The notes: a model not told the origin generated them from the sequence alone. A DNA stretch of 59,087 nucleotides, filler included, from Sphacelaria rigidula (GCA_964200075.2; 7 parts of 7 records of this genome joined end to end with filler, not necessarily neighbours in it), one strand, 5' to 3'. Numbered from the whole stretch's first letter, positions 1 to 12,900 are shown. A program made the numbers and translations.

Positions 1-1991
1 CACGGGAACGATCCCATTTCCCATTCCCGTGGAAATACCGCGGTATTTTTCCCGCGGGAATATTCCCGAGAGGAGCCTTGGAAAAAATATGTACCTACCA
101 GTCCTTCATTTCCTCGTGGCCAACACTTCTTCTGTCGCAAAACTAGAAGTAGGGATGAAGTGAAGATCATCTACTGCAGATATTGCCCTGTTTCGACACG
201 TAATCGGAGCCCGCTAAGGTTTGAACGACGGGTGGGCTTTAGTTTTATCTGCCTGTAGAGTTTCGGCTCGGTGGCCTTCGTCAGTAGCGAGTAATCTTTG
301 GTCGCGTGAAGGATGGGCATGTTGGAAAATGATGTTTTTGCTTGTACAAATAGTTACCACTTTTTTTAGGGGTATCCATCGCTGGTTTGTGAGCTGTACT
401 CGATAGAATTGAGCCAAACGGCAATGAGAAGGTATATTCAGATCAATAATACAGCTGTGTATCGATTTCGTTGTAATATAACCCTCTGTACACTTCTTTG
501 ACTCCGTCGCGTCTTCATTCTTGAGGTGGTGGTGGGAAACGTGACACTAACCCCCGGCGTGACACTGGCGATCGATTAGTCATCATCCGATAATAGAATA
601 TGACCTACAGGTTAAAGCGATATGGGACAGTTTGATCGATCCCGTCGAAGTAACCCATCGGGTGAAAGGGAAACTGGCTCCCTCACTTGCCCGCCGTCCA
701 CAACTGTCAGTACGTGGTTGAAGAACTTGACAGCAACCTAGAGTTGGAACCAAGCGTCCATCTCCTCAAGATGCGGGGCGGCTATCATGGTGCGTATGCA
801 TAGATGCTCCTAGAAAATGGAATCTTTGACGCCTGGTGTCTTGATTGAAACTCCCTCTCCTGCATGCAGTAGTCATCGATGAACAAGACCTAAAGGTGTG
901 CTTATTGTGAATAGGTTGGATGTATTGCGGTAGCTTTGTAAGCAGCGACACGTCCGTTAAACTGTGTCCACTGCATCTGATGGATTGTAACTTTGGCTAC
1001 CAACCGCACCCACACCATTTCAGCTAGGCAGTACTAGGTTGCAAAGTTGAGGTCGTAAAATGCTTTTTGCAGTGCATTACAGGCCGGACACAACAGTCGC
1101 TCCACGACTGTATATACTGTACTGACTGTGCGACAGACATTCGGTGCAGATCGTGGGTGGCCTGGCCGTCTGCTGACTGTGCTGCTCTCTCTCACACACA
1201 TCAGTTAACGTAATCATATAAAACATGGAAACTCCCTGAGCAACTGAAGGTTAAAGCGCGCTGTAGGCAAGCATGCCGTAGGCGCATGGTTTTTGGATCA
1301 TGGCGAACAACTGGCAGAGATATCCAGGTACAGGTTTGGTGGCTCGACTGACGAAGGGCTTCGTCGCAAAGCGTGATGTACTGCGATATGAAGAATGAGC
1401 AAGCGATGGGAAACACTCGACTTACGTCAAGAGGCATCTGATGAGTGCACTGTACTCTACTCTGGTGCTGGCAATTTACTGACAGTAGCATAGTGCAGTT
1501 CTATCTGTACTGCGAACATTCGCGCCATGTCTCTCAGCCAAGGCGCTTGATTATGTTTAATGGATCTTCCGAGTCCCAATATTTCTAAACAATGACTCAT
1601 AGTCAAGTGTAGATTGCATGCGCGAGACTGTCGGGGCGTGCCTTTCTACTCTCAACCCTTGGATCGCCTTGCGGGTAGTCCATCTGCATTATGCATACTT
1701 TTTCAGTTGGAATTGATGACGATTCAGCAGGTAAACCACCCTCGCGGTCAAAGGATTCATGGTTCGGACGAATCATCGCCGGTTCAAATCACCATATCCA
1801 CGATTTTTCAGGCCCCACCACTCAAAAAAGAGATGATAATTGACCGCTGGTCACAAAAGTCTCCACGCAATTTTTGCGCCATTCCAGGTGCCCGGGCTGC
1901 GCGTACCCGGGTTGCAATAACGCTGGACACGCAGCCTGAGAATTGATTGCTACCCTACGAATCAAGTGCACTACAATCACGTAATTTGGGT

Positions 1992-2580
1992 TCCCGACCT
2001 GAGCAGAAAGGTGATGAACGGAAAGTCAGCGCCCAGTTATTCGAAGAACTGTTCCGTTTTCGTCAGAGCTGGGCGATAAACATTGCCCGACCTACTGGGG
2101 TCCGAAAAGTCAATCCACGGGAGAAAATCGGATTGAAACGGACTGAAATCCTCATATTTGTACAGATACGGTTTGGCTGCCATACAAAGTGGCCTAAAAC
2201 CCCTTGACCGCCAGGGTAGGTAATGCGGGTCACGCAGAATTTTTTCGAGTGAAAGTGATGCCGGTTCATAAGATGACCTGCCGTGGTGGTTGATCCTTTC
2301 AAGGGTTGGACGAATGAATGATTCGTCTCGAAGTTACTTGATTGTAGTGCCAAATCGGGGGAGATGCGGGAGTCTCCCGATCTGAGCAGGAAGGCGATGA
2401 ACGGAAAGTCAGCGCCCAGTTATTCAAAGAACTGTTCCGGTTTCGTCAGAGCTGGGCGATAAGCATTGCCCAACCTACTGGGGTCCGAAAAGTCAATCCA
2501 CGGGAGAAAATCGGATTGAAACGGACTGAAATCCTCGTATTTGTACAGATACGGGTTGGTTGCCATACAAAGTGGTCTTA
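1992..2580 (+). repeat. ~205-bp direct repeat pair (1992-2197 and 2376-2580)
   Basis: Near-identical copies of TCCCGA(C/T)CTGAGCAG...GCCATACAAAGTGG separated by ~180 bp; the second copy ends where the GGCTACTTCT element begins. Confidence 0.9.
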
Positions 2581-3821
2581 GGCTACTTCTTATGTATAAA
2601 AAAACATGAATCAGAAAACGCGTTTTCTGATAAATGCCCCAAACCCACTTACTATGTGATCAGAAAACGCGTTAATTTCTGATAACATTTTTCGATAGCC
2701 CAAGGTTATCAGAAAATCCGATTTTCTGATAACCTTGGGCTATCGAAAAACGTTATTGAAAAAGCGATTGAACCTCGTTTGAACATGTTTGAACACACAT
2801 TACAGCCCACGACAGCACCTGTGATGGCTTGGCTGCCATCGCTACTAATGCTGTCGCCGGTGCTCGCGGGCATTCAGCGTGCTGCATCATTGTCCTTCGC
2901 TCGCCAGTAGCGTGGTGGCCCTTTACCCCATGAGAACAGCAGAGGGCAGGGTCGATGAAGACTGCTGTACAGACGGGACGGTCTATGCTGTATCTCGTCC
3001 GTACAATATTGTAGCTCAGTTCAGGTCTGCACGCAGCGTGTCGTCAACAACAGCCGTCGCAATGCTTTACAGACTGCCCACGCACCCAAGCCTTGTAGAG
3101 ACAGGACCGGACTGACAGTACACACAAGACTATGAGATAGGTAGTGCTGCTACTGTGGCAGATCCAACGCATACGACACAACAGTAGTGTCTGTACTGTT
3201 GTCTGTGCTGCCCGTACAACCGAGTGCTACAACAGTGCAGCGAACTTGCAGCTCAGTTGAGATCTGTGCATGTAGCTTGTTGCGAACAGACGTCGCTTTG
3301 CAGTACAGACTGCCTACGCACCCAAGCCCTGTAGATACAGGACCGTACTGACAGTATACACAAGACTATGAACAGTGCTACTGTTGTAGTACTAGAGCCG
3401 ATGCATGCAATACAGCACTGTTGTGTGTACCACTGTGTGTGCTGTCCTTTCAGTCAAGTACTACCGTGCAGTGAAAAAGCATAACCGTCATTTCTACACT
3501 CAGTTGGTACAGCAAGGCAGTGTTCTTATTGATGGTCTTGCGTCACGCAGCCCACCATGTATTGCTCAGGCAATCTATCACAGTAGTACAGATAGTCAGT
3601 ACGGACCGTACACCACGACAGGACAGCAGAGTGCTGCGTCTCTCTCGCGCGTCCCAGAGTTTGATATTATGCCTAACCGCATAGAAAACGATGAACACTG
3701 CGTTTTCAATGTTGATAGTGCGTCGATCACGTAAAAAGGGCTACTTTGAAAATTTATGTTGGAAAACGTGTTGTTGAAAAAGGGCTTTTCTGACAACGTG
3801 TTTTTCGATGCATAATTAGCC
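2581..3821. mobile_element. Non-autonomous TIR element, family A copy 1 (PIF/Harbinger-like ends)
   Basis: Starts GGCTACTTCTTATGTATAAA after TTA and ends in degenerate CATAATTAGCC before GTA. Colinear with 44211-46011 (shared blocks GATGGCTTGGCTGCC and GCGTCACGCAGCCCACCATGTATTGCTCAGGC). No transposase ORF. Superfamily call is tentative. Confidence 0.75.
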
Positions 3822-6629
3822 GTAGCACGCAAAATACACCCATGAATCGATTTCGATTTCGATTTTTGTACTAATCGATTTCGATTTTCGTACTCTGGGT
3901 CCAGCATCAGCAGTGGAAATGCTGCAGAGACTGCGCGCTTCAGACATGTGTCGCCGTGTTGCGCAAGCGCACCAGCTGGACATGAACTGAGGGAAAAGCC
4001 CCCCCCTGCAATGTGGCAAATCTGGCTTCCACCACCCGCCGATTTTGGGCACTTTTTTTCTCGGCAGGCGAACAAAAATGTGCGGTGTATAAATTTCGCT
4101 GAAGGCGACAAAGCTCCGGTTCTCTTTAGGCGGTTTCTTATGGAAGGAGATTATTCCTATCCAAAAATTCCCCTCTGGAAGGGGATTACCCCCGCAACGA
4201 TCAGCTTTGAATCTTGGGCCGTCCGCGTCTCACCATTGTTTTTCGACTCAAACGAATTTGTGGGGAGGGATTGCCTAAGTTTGTGTTGCGGTGTTTGGGT
4301 CCGAGCGAATTGGCACGCTTCCGATCGAAAATGCTGAGCGAATGTCGTGGAGCCGTCCTTGTTCACTTGTAATCAATACAGATAGTACAGTGCTGTCTGT
4401 AGTGTTTTCACATGTGTGAGTGTTTCGTACATGAGGGTATGGAAAAGGGGGCAACGTGCAGTACAGACAGCACAGGACTGTCCATAGTCTCTTCATGCAA
4501 GAGGATGTGAAGGAGATTTGAACGTGCAGTTCTCCACTGCCTGTACTGTTGATGAGCATGTTCGCAAGTCGGTCGTCCACCCTACTATGCAGTTCCGTCG
4601 CCAATCCCTACCATGCACACAGATGCTCCAGTATCGCCAACAACAACTAAACACATCATACCCATCTATTTTAGTGCAGTGGATATATCCATGTGCTCAA
4701 CCGCGGTAGTAGCTGGGAGTGAGTTGTGTGGGATTTGCATGGCTCTGTGAACGGGTGGAATTTGGCGTGGTGTGCAAGACAGGAGTCAAGTGCCGCTTCG
4801 TACGTTTCCGCCGCGTGTTTTCGATCGAGAAAGCCAGAGTAAGCTTTTCTGCTTTTCACCCTGCCCCTCGCGTGAAAATAGTTCTAAAATGGACTTGAAG
4901 CCATCTGAGAACACAAATGCCGTGGGCGTATCAGATACGAGAAAGCTACGACCAATTCGATTCGACCGCACGTTTGCGAGACGTGAAAATATATATTATT
5001 GGACACGACCACTTCCAAAACGAACCACCGGATTTACCTGTGTGCAGATCCGGGCTTCGATCTGGACAAAACTGCTTCTCGATAATGCCGTTAGTCCAAA
5101 CGTCTCTGTAATGCCGCAGACAAGATGCAACAAGGCAACACAATACCTATACACCGAGCCCCAGAAAAAACACGCACAGACATCCATCACTCACGCGCAT
5201 CAGTTCCAGCGCTAACCCTTGCCAGCCTACACGCGGCAGTCTTTGTTGAACGGAAATCTGTCCCGTGTTGGACGAATGGCGGGCGCGTGTCAAGAACAAC
5301 GAAAAGTTGCTGACCTTTAATGTGCGTGTGCTGTGCGGGCATCTCTCACAAATAATCACTTCTCACTGAATTCTGGCCAGATTTAAGCTAGCTGTGTGTT
5401 TTTGGTTAGCTGGGGCACCAAGTTCCTCACGTTCGCGTTTGATTCGGTAGGCTTGTCTGGCAAGCCTCCGCATGTGCCCGTGCCAACGGCACATGGATGT
5501 TACCCTTGAATGTTTTCGGAAATCCCCTTGGGGGAGGGGGGGAGGGGGGAGGGGTTTTCAGCATGTTTTTTGGGGGGTGGTATCGCAGCCACCAATCAGC
5601 GGTCATTTTAGAGATCGGGAAATCATTTTTTTTTTTTCTTAGAGGAAGGAGGAAATCCAACCCAACACCTACCTCGCAAGCGAGTTCGTGTGCCGTTTAC
5701 CCGAAGGCTCGGCTAGACCACCTCTCGGCAGTCATGTGGGGGATGCTCCCACCAAACCCCCGATCAACTCGGTGCAGTACACGCGCTGCCATGATCTTCG
5801 GAGCTTCCGCCCTAGGTTGAAGAGGGGGATGATCCCCTTCGTCAAGAACTCGCCTTAGTCTCGCCGCAAGGCGAGAGAAGAAAAAAAGAAAACCCCCCCA
5901 AGAGGCCCTTGCTGCCGCACATCCGGCCTGCGGCCTATCTGACCTGCTGTGCGGAGGTGTGCTTGTGAGATTTGGGCCCGAAGTGACCATCAGTAGCATC
6001 TGACAAACCACAGCCGATACAAGGGGTTCAAACGCTGGCCAAGTGAGTTGCACTGCAACCCAGACGGTGCTTGGTAGCCTTCACGATAGCTCTTGCTCAA
6101 ATCACCCATGGTGTGCTTCTTTTAGCTTCGATCCTTCCATAATGAGGTTGCAGTGGCTGTCTTCGCACAACGGTATACAGTGTTATTCCTCTTCAATAAT
6201 ATGGAGGCAGTATTTTTGGAGATTGGGCGCCCCAACACAGCACACCCTGCGTCCGATGATGCTGAAAGTTGAAGCATGTGTAGGTTGAAGCCGCAGGTGG
6301 GTGTCAACCTAGCAGCTTCAGCGACCCAAGGCGTTTTGTGCGGTGCGTGGCTTGAAAGGATGATATGCACGATGCTGCGGTGATTCCGAAAGTCAGAACA
6401 CTTTCTGATAAGAGTTCTACAGCATACCGATATCTAATCCGCGCGGAGGCAGAGATAGCTCTTGCCATCCGTGTTATTTACATCGGTCCCCTGTCGGTCG
6501 AGGCTGGCACCAAGACGGGAGATAACCACCGGTTAAGGTTCTCCACATGTTACAGGCAGATGCGCTTGAGTTTCATACGCCATGTCGAGAAAGTCCCGAT
6601 TGTATTCCTGAGGAAACAAAAATGCTTTT

Positions 6630-6865
6630 TTTTTTTTTCAATTCTACTTACTCATCGCACTAGAGCCCAAAAACTGTGTTTCGCGGCCAATGACACCCTC
6701 CTGATAAAAGGGGAATTTACTCGTATCGCCTGATAACCCCGACTATCGCTAACGTGAGCACCACGTTTTGAGAACGATCTGTCTATTTTTCCAAAATCTA
6801 CCAACGCTAGCGCTTTCGAGTTCTATCGAAGAGTAGTACGCGAGAAAACCCTCGAAACAACCCAA
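6630..6865 (+). mobile_element. Truncated copy of Tc1/mariner-type MITE family B
   Basis: Matches the 3' half of 7379-7924 (ACACCCTCCTGAT, TTTACTCGTATCGCC, TTTCGAGTTCTATCGAAGAGTAGTACGCGAG). Confidence 0.8.
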
Positions 6866-7378
6866 GCTACTTTGAATGGGAGGTACCGTATGTATGTGTG
6901 TGTGCATTTAAAGGAAAAACGCAGGGACTTGTCGCCGAATAATTAGCGCCCAGCTGACGCAGTATTGCAAGTTAGCTTCTTGAGTATCGTTCGATATCAG
7001 CAGGGACATACACGTGTTGATTTCTTGTCAATTAAAAAAAAATGAAAAAAAAACAGGAATGAATACGGACGAACCTCTAGCGACGGAGGCACCGGTGAAG
7101 GAGCTCTACGTTCGCACACCGCCGAGATATATTCGGTCCGCTTGGTACGCGTTCTGCTTGGATATTTTGGCCACCGGCCTTGTCTGGTTCTGGAGCGAGC
7201 AATGGCAAGGAAGCGACGTGTGGGACCAGGTACGCACCGGCATGATCGCGGTACACGGCGCATCGCCATCGGCACTCGGTTGTATGTCATCCACAAGCTC
7301 CGAACAATGACCCCGGATCATGACTTTTCCAGATGTATCTGGGATCATATTTGGCACCTACTGCTTTGAACCGGGTTA

Positions 7379-7924
7379 CAGTAGTGGGCGGTCTAACTAT
7401 TTAGTTTGTGGCATCTTGTGATTTTTTCGTAATTGGCGATCTTCTTTGGCTCTTTTCGCTTGCCACCGCTTATCGCACGGGGGATCTAAAGATATTTGTA
7501 TCCGTTTCACATTCCAAGAAGAAAAATCATCTGTACTCAATGTTGAGTGACTTACGGGCTGACCGGTCATCGGGGGTCCTGCCACGTTTCAGCCCAGACA
7601 ATTACTCTTCGGTATTGCCGGTCGATTGAGCCTATCCCGATCATATTTATGAAGAAATGTAGAGTTTTTTTTTCATTTCTAACTACCGATTGCACTTGAG
7701 CCGAAAAGCTGTGTTTCACGGTCGATAACACCCTCCTGATTGGAGGGGTATTTACTCGTATCGCCCGGTATCACCAACTGACACTGACTCGGGCACGGTG
7801 TTTCGAGGATGATCTGTTTATTGTACCGAAATCTACATACGCTAGCAATTTCGAGTTCTATCGAAGAGTAGTACGCGAGGAATACCCCCCAAACACCCCT
7901 GAATAGAGAGACCGCCCACTACTG
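7379..7924. mobile_element. Tc1/mariner-type MITE family B, full copy
   Basis: TIRs CAGTAGTGGGCGGTCT / AGACCGCCCACTACTG with TA on both sides (7377-7378, 7925-7926); second full copy at 45376-45928. Confidence 0.9.
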
Positions 7925-7952
7925 TACGTTGAGTATCACCCACACAAACATG

Positions 7953-8093
7953 CCGCCAGAAAGAATAAAGAGGTATACCACTAGTCGACTGGAGGAGGAA
8001 GCAGATGCACAGGATTGTTCCTGTGGCGAAGCAGCAAGGTCTAATTCATATAGTGGAAGTATGTGAACTATACAAAAGGGAACGGGACGTGCT
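7953..8093 (+). mobile_element. LINE 3' fragment (C-terminal zinc-knuckle region)
   Basis: Homologous to 42042-42177 (GAGGAGGAAG.AGATGCACA...TGTGAACTATACAA...GAACGGG). Confidence 0.8.
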
Positions 8094-8100
8094 AGGGGGT

Positions 8101-8356
8101 GGGGCGTACTCATTAGTTGCTTGCCTCAGTCGTTTGGCCATTCACCACGTATCCCTTCCGAGACGGAGCACGTGCCAGGGGGGGTAGTGTGGTCATGATT
8201 TTCTCATGCTGTATTTCATAGTCACATGACCACTGACCTTGCATACCTGCAACGCCGGGACGGAGCACGCCGGGTTTTCGCTGGACTAGGCTGTGTTGTG
8301 CTGTGCTAGGGGGAGGGGGGGGGGTGTACTCATGATCATGCATGCCATAGTCATGA
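8101..8356 (+). repeat. Interspersed repeat family C (GGGGTGTACTCATGATCATGCATGCCATAG...), stacked partial copies
   Basis: Same motifs at 33823-33968 (-) and 59030-59087 (+); GGACGGAGCACGCCGGGTTTTCGC shared with the 33823 copy. Confidence 0.75.
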
Positions 8357-8456
8357 NNNNNNNNNNNNNNNNNNNNNNNNNNNNNNNNNNNNNNNNNNNN
8401 TTAATTAATTAANNNNNNNNNNNNNNNNNNNNNNNNNNNNNNNNNNNNNNNNNNNN
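8357..8456. other. Artificial 100-nt linker N44-TTAATTAATTAA-N44
   Basis: Identical linkers at 16813-16912, 25268-25367, 33723-33822, 42178-42277 and 50633-50732, evenly spaced; the core has stops in all six frames. Confidence 0.98.
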
Positions 8457-8600
8457 TATATTGGGGCAGCGTGGGCGACAACATACTGCACGACCAATAT
8501 ATATTAGGGTGGCATTGATGAGAACGTATTGACTGGTCAATATATATTGGGTCTGCGTGGGTGAGAATGTAGGGGCCGGTCAATATATATTAGATATTAT
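8457..8600. repeat. End of a second CAATATATATTG 43-bp-period array
   Basis: CAATATATATT(A/G) at 8495, 8538 and 8581; truncated on the left by the linker. Confidence 0.8.
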
Positions 8601-8952
8601 AAGTATCCTGTACGCTCTAGGAGAGATCAAGACACGATGGATGCGGGAGCCCGTGCAGATTGGGAAAAGCTTTAAAGGCAGCCGCAGAAGTTCGCGTGCA
8701 TTACTGCGGAAAGTTGTCGAATGCGTTCGATATATATATATATATGTGTGTGTACACTGGTTAGAAAATATGGTGACAGAAGAGGCGACCCGGTATATAT
8801 GCCTCCTGATACCTATCTGGTCACCGGTGCGGGGCCACCCATCCCCTTTCCAGCATGTAATATAAATACCTTGGCTAAACATCACGACGACAGAAAACGC
8901 GGGCCGATATGCGCCTTTTGTACCCCTGTGCTCACCGGGACTGTGTTGCTTA

Positions 8953-9821
8953 TACCCTGGACAATATAGTATGTTCCAATATATTACCAATAACTTTTAT
9001 TGGAGCCAGCGTAAATATTGTCCTTTCAATACATATTGTGTTGAGATGTCCTCGGAGACATTGAAGCAACAACACATTTTGCTCGTGTCATGATCATGAA
9101 GTAATGTATGTCGATATATATTGTGCATGCCGGCCGTGTATGTATTGAAGTGTCAATATATATTGAGTCGAGGCGATGCGTAGGATATTGTTACCATAAT
9201 ATATATATATATATATTGAACGCAAACCATGCAGAAGTATTGCTTTTCCAATATATATTACGCATGCTGATTGGATAGCTATTGTGCAGCCAATATCTAT
9301 TGAACACGCTTGCGGAGGAATACATTGAGCATGTTTGGCATGTAAAATACGTCTTTGACTGGCGCCCGCGAACAAAGAACTGCCCACAATACTAATTCCA
9401 ATACACTTTCCAATTTGTATGTTGAAGATCAATATATTCTTCGCCATCAACATGTATTGTGACCGTCGGTTCCCTCGTGTATTGTCCACCCAATATATAT
9501 TAGCGCTTCGGGTGTCGAGTATATTGAATCGTCAATATATATTGACCTCGGGTGGCAGCAAATATTTTGCCCGGTAAATATATATTGGTGCCTTCTCGCA
9601 CCAACACATTACTCGGCCAATAAATATTGAGGTGGCGCGTGTGGTGATATAGTGTTCGGTCGATATATATATTGCATGTCGCGAGCCTTGATATATTGAT
9701 GGCACAATATATATTGACCCTCTCTCGTGTCATCATATTGCTCGCCCAATATATATTGACCACCCGACGCCTCGATATATTGAGCGGGCAAAATATATTA
9801 CATATTGTATTGTCCAGGGTG
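8953..9821. mobile_element. Non-autonomous TIR element containing a phased CAATATATATTG array
   Basis: TIRs TACCCTGGACAATA (8953) / TATTGTCCAGGGTG (ends 9821); TA on the left, TG on the right; internal palindromic 12-mers every 42-43 bp. Confidence 0.75.
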
Positions 9822-9916
9822 TGATATATATATATATATATATAAATATATGTAGGTCTTTGGCTGCTGGGGTACGTTTTGCCTATTGACGCGTAAAACC
9901 TGTATGTCACAGTTGG

Positions 9917-12900
9917 GTGTCATGTCGAGAGAATTCAACTAGAGAGCCGCCTGTTACGCAAATGATGAAAAGTGCCAAAATGTTTGATGGAGCGAATGTT
10001 TTGGAGTTGAAGCGTCAAGCTCAAGCCGTTATATCATCAACACGTCCTAGTAATTCGGAGATTCCAAGTGGTAAAACCCGTCCCACCGCAATCAATGGAA
10101 CTATTTGTAGAAGATCCACGACTGGATCAAGCCCGGTAGTAACACGTTCTCGAGTAAGAGACGTTACTTCAGAAGAAGACGAAAGTAGCGGAAGAGTCAT
10201 CAATGAGGATGGAATAGTTCTATGCGATCGTGCGAATGAACAACTCTTCGGTATGCTTTACTTGACTACGACCGGACCCGTGAACAGTTATCTGCTACGG
10301 TTCGAACCACGGGGCTCAACTACACCAGACGATGAAAAAGCTTGGGACGGATTGATCGCAAAGTACCAGAATTCATCTCAACAAAGACGCCGTATTCTCA
10401 TGAGACAGTTAGACGATTTAACCATGTCATAAGGGAGAGCGCCCCGGACGTCTTTCTAACACAAGTTCATCAAATTAGAGAAGAACGTACTTAGATAGGG
10501 GAGAGCCTACCAGATGAGCGGTTAACAGATATAGTCATAGGAGGGCTAACTGAAGATTACATTCAAGTTAACTAAAACGCTGAATGAGATCCTGATTTTA
10601 GGTTGTTATAGATCGAATCAACTATGCGCATTATATATGTCCTCCACCTAGCTCGCGGTAAACCTGTGAAAAGCTCGATAGGTAGAGAGAGTGCTATGTA
10701 TGTTTGCATCATCACCCCTAGATTCGTCTGTAAGGTCGGCTAAATCTCAGAGTACACGTTATAATCGCTGGAAATCTGGCCACCTCATGCGTGTCTGCAG
10801 ATCTAGGAAGCAGCGTAACGGTAGACAGGTTGAGTGGTGTAGCTTTCACAAAACGAACCAAAATGGCGACATAGAGTGCTATAATCATATGAATAATGGG
10901 AACGCAAGTGGTAGCTCTGGAAACAATAGTAATAATCGCCACAGTAATAACCACAACAACAGGCACAACCGTAATCGCAGTAACAATAGTACCCATGAAA
11001 ACATACAGAAGTATAGACCTGTCAACCAGGCGAATACAACTACTGCAGCTCTCACTTCCACTACAGTACTTATGCACACCAATATCCAGTGATGAAGTAC
11101 ACCTACTACAGCAAGTTGCACGGAGATTTCTTCACCAAGCGGAGTTGGATATACCTCTCTTGCTGGGAACCTAGCAGATTTTCCTAATACGCATGTGGCA
11201 ACCCCATTTACGATGGTGGTTGACAGCGCCAGCAACCACTTTCTGGATTGCTAACTACTTCCTAATGGTGAAAGTGAGATGCTTGGCTTTGTTAAGCTTG
11301 ATTCACCCATGTGCATATTAGCAGCAGGAAGACACATGATACAAGGCACGAGGAAATGAATGATTCAATCATTGGTTACTGACTCCAACGGCACTGAGCG
11401 CTCTGTTCGTTTGCCCGTCGTGATAGTTCCAGGCCCAGGAAAACATTGATTTCCTCTCTGAGCAACGGTGTTTCGACCGTATTTTTTTACATTGATGTAG
11501 GTAATTGTTTAATGTCAAATACAATCAATAATGCTGGGAGATTACATGCTATCAGCTTGAGAATTGTTCGAGAACAGAATAAGTCCCATGGAACAGCACT
11601 GGCATCTACAACCATTTCTGGGACAGTCAAGGGGTTAGGTACTGCGTATGCAACTGAAGACTAATGTCGAGATAGCCCCCCCACACGAAGCGCACCGGAG
11701 ACCGTCCGACAAACCAGCTGTGATCTTACTATTGCGCTCGTTTGCAGTAATTTCGCCCACGTGATGGGCGTGTAGCAGTCTAAAATCATCCATAACACCC
11801 AAATGAGTTGCGTCGAGCAGCACGAAACCAGCTCTAACGGCATTTATGATCATCACCTCCGTGCACTTTTTTGGTCGGTTCGGGGGGGGGCTATCTCGGC
11901 AGCAGTCTGAAGATATTGATTTGGAGCAGCCCGAAGGTCCTTCGATTACCTTAACTGTGGTAAGAGCAGAAGTGTGGCACACGAGAGTAAGTCACCCGTC
12001 TAAACACGTTATGCGTAGTGTAAATAATATGACCGAATCAGGTGTAAACCTCGAAGGTACATTGACTTCATGTGACACTTGCATAATCAATAAAGGTACA
12101 CAGCAAAATCACCCGAAGACAGCCAACTCGGATAATATCACCAATAATCTTCGACTTGTTAGCACTGATATTTTAGGTACATTGCTAAATTTACTGATTT
12201 TTTCAGCAGATTGAAGGTTGTATATTGTATCAAAACTAAGGATGAAGCTGTAACGACACTTCGCAAATTCACCCAAAGTCTAGCAATTTCGCTTGGACTT
12301 CGAGTTCAACGTCTAAGGGCCGATCGTGGGGGAGGGTACACAGCAGATTATTTTAGACAATACTGTAGAATGGCAGGGAATCTACAAGAATAAGCAGCAC
12401 CTTATACGCCGCAGCAGAGTGGGATGTCGCAACGTGTCTGGATAACTATCATGAACGTTACTCGATGCCTATTAAATAAAGCACATTTAACCAGGAATAT
12501 ATGGGGAGAGATAGCTGTAACTGCTGTATTTTTCACTAATCACCTACCGCATAGTGGCAGTAATGGCGAAATTCCTCATCATCAAATCATCATTTTTGCA
12601 CATGATCGGCTCGCGTGCTTTTGTACACGTACAGCGTCATATGAATAGGTTAGAGTAAAAGGTATGGGAGGGTGTCCTGGAACAGTAGCTTATGACTCTG
12701 ATAGTCCGTCGCATCGTATACAAAATCGAGAAACTGGTCGAGTTGTAAGTTCGAGAAATGTTACCTTCATATAACAAGCAGCCAGGATTATCTCCAGCGA
12801 TACACAGGCTTATTGGGGAAGAGAAAACGGGCATGGGAATGAAAATGGTGTTTTCGAACTTCCAATAATGAACAGAAAGAAAATTTGAATTTTCACGACG

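Noticed and set aside
1438..1465. Hammerhead ribozyme at CTGATGAG (also CTGATGA near 45737)
   Set aside because: No GAAA after a stem II and no matching cleavage triplet; the motif is not conserved in other family B copies.
1992..2580. TRIM/LTR mini-retrotransposon
   Set aside because: The direct repeats lack TG...CA ends, a PBS, a PPT and a TSD.
7057..7229. Isolated exon candidate (acag|...CAG|gtacgc)
   Set aside because: A-rich rather than pyrimidine-rich acceptor, no recognisable product and no partner exons.
9112..9800. True CRISPR array
   Set aside because: The repeat is only 12 bp and degenerate, spacers contain a fixed half-site, there is no cas gene or leader, the context is eukaryotic, and TIRs bound it.
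9845..9920. LTR and PBS of the copia element
   Set aside because: No matching repeat downstream of 13190 and no clear tRNA-complementary PBS.
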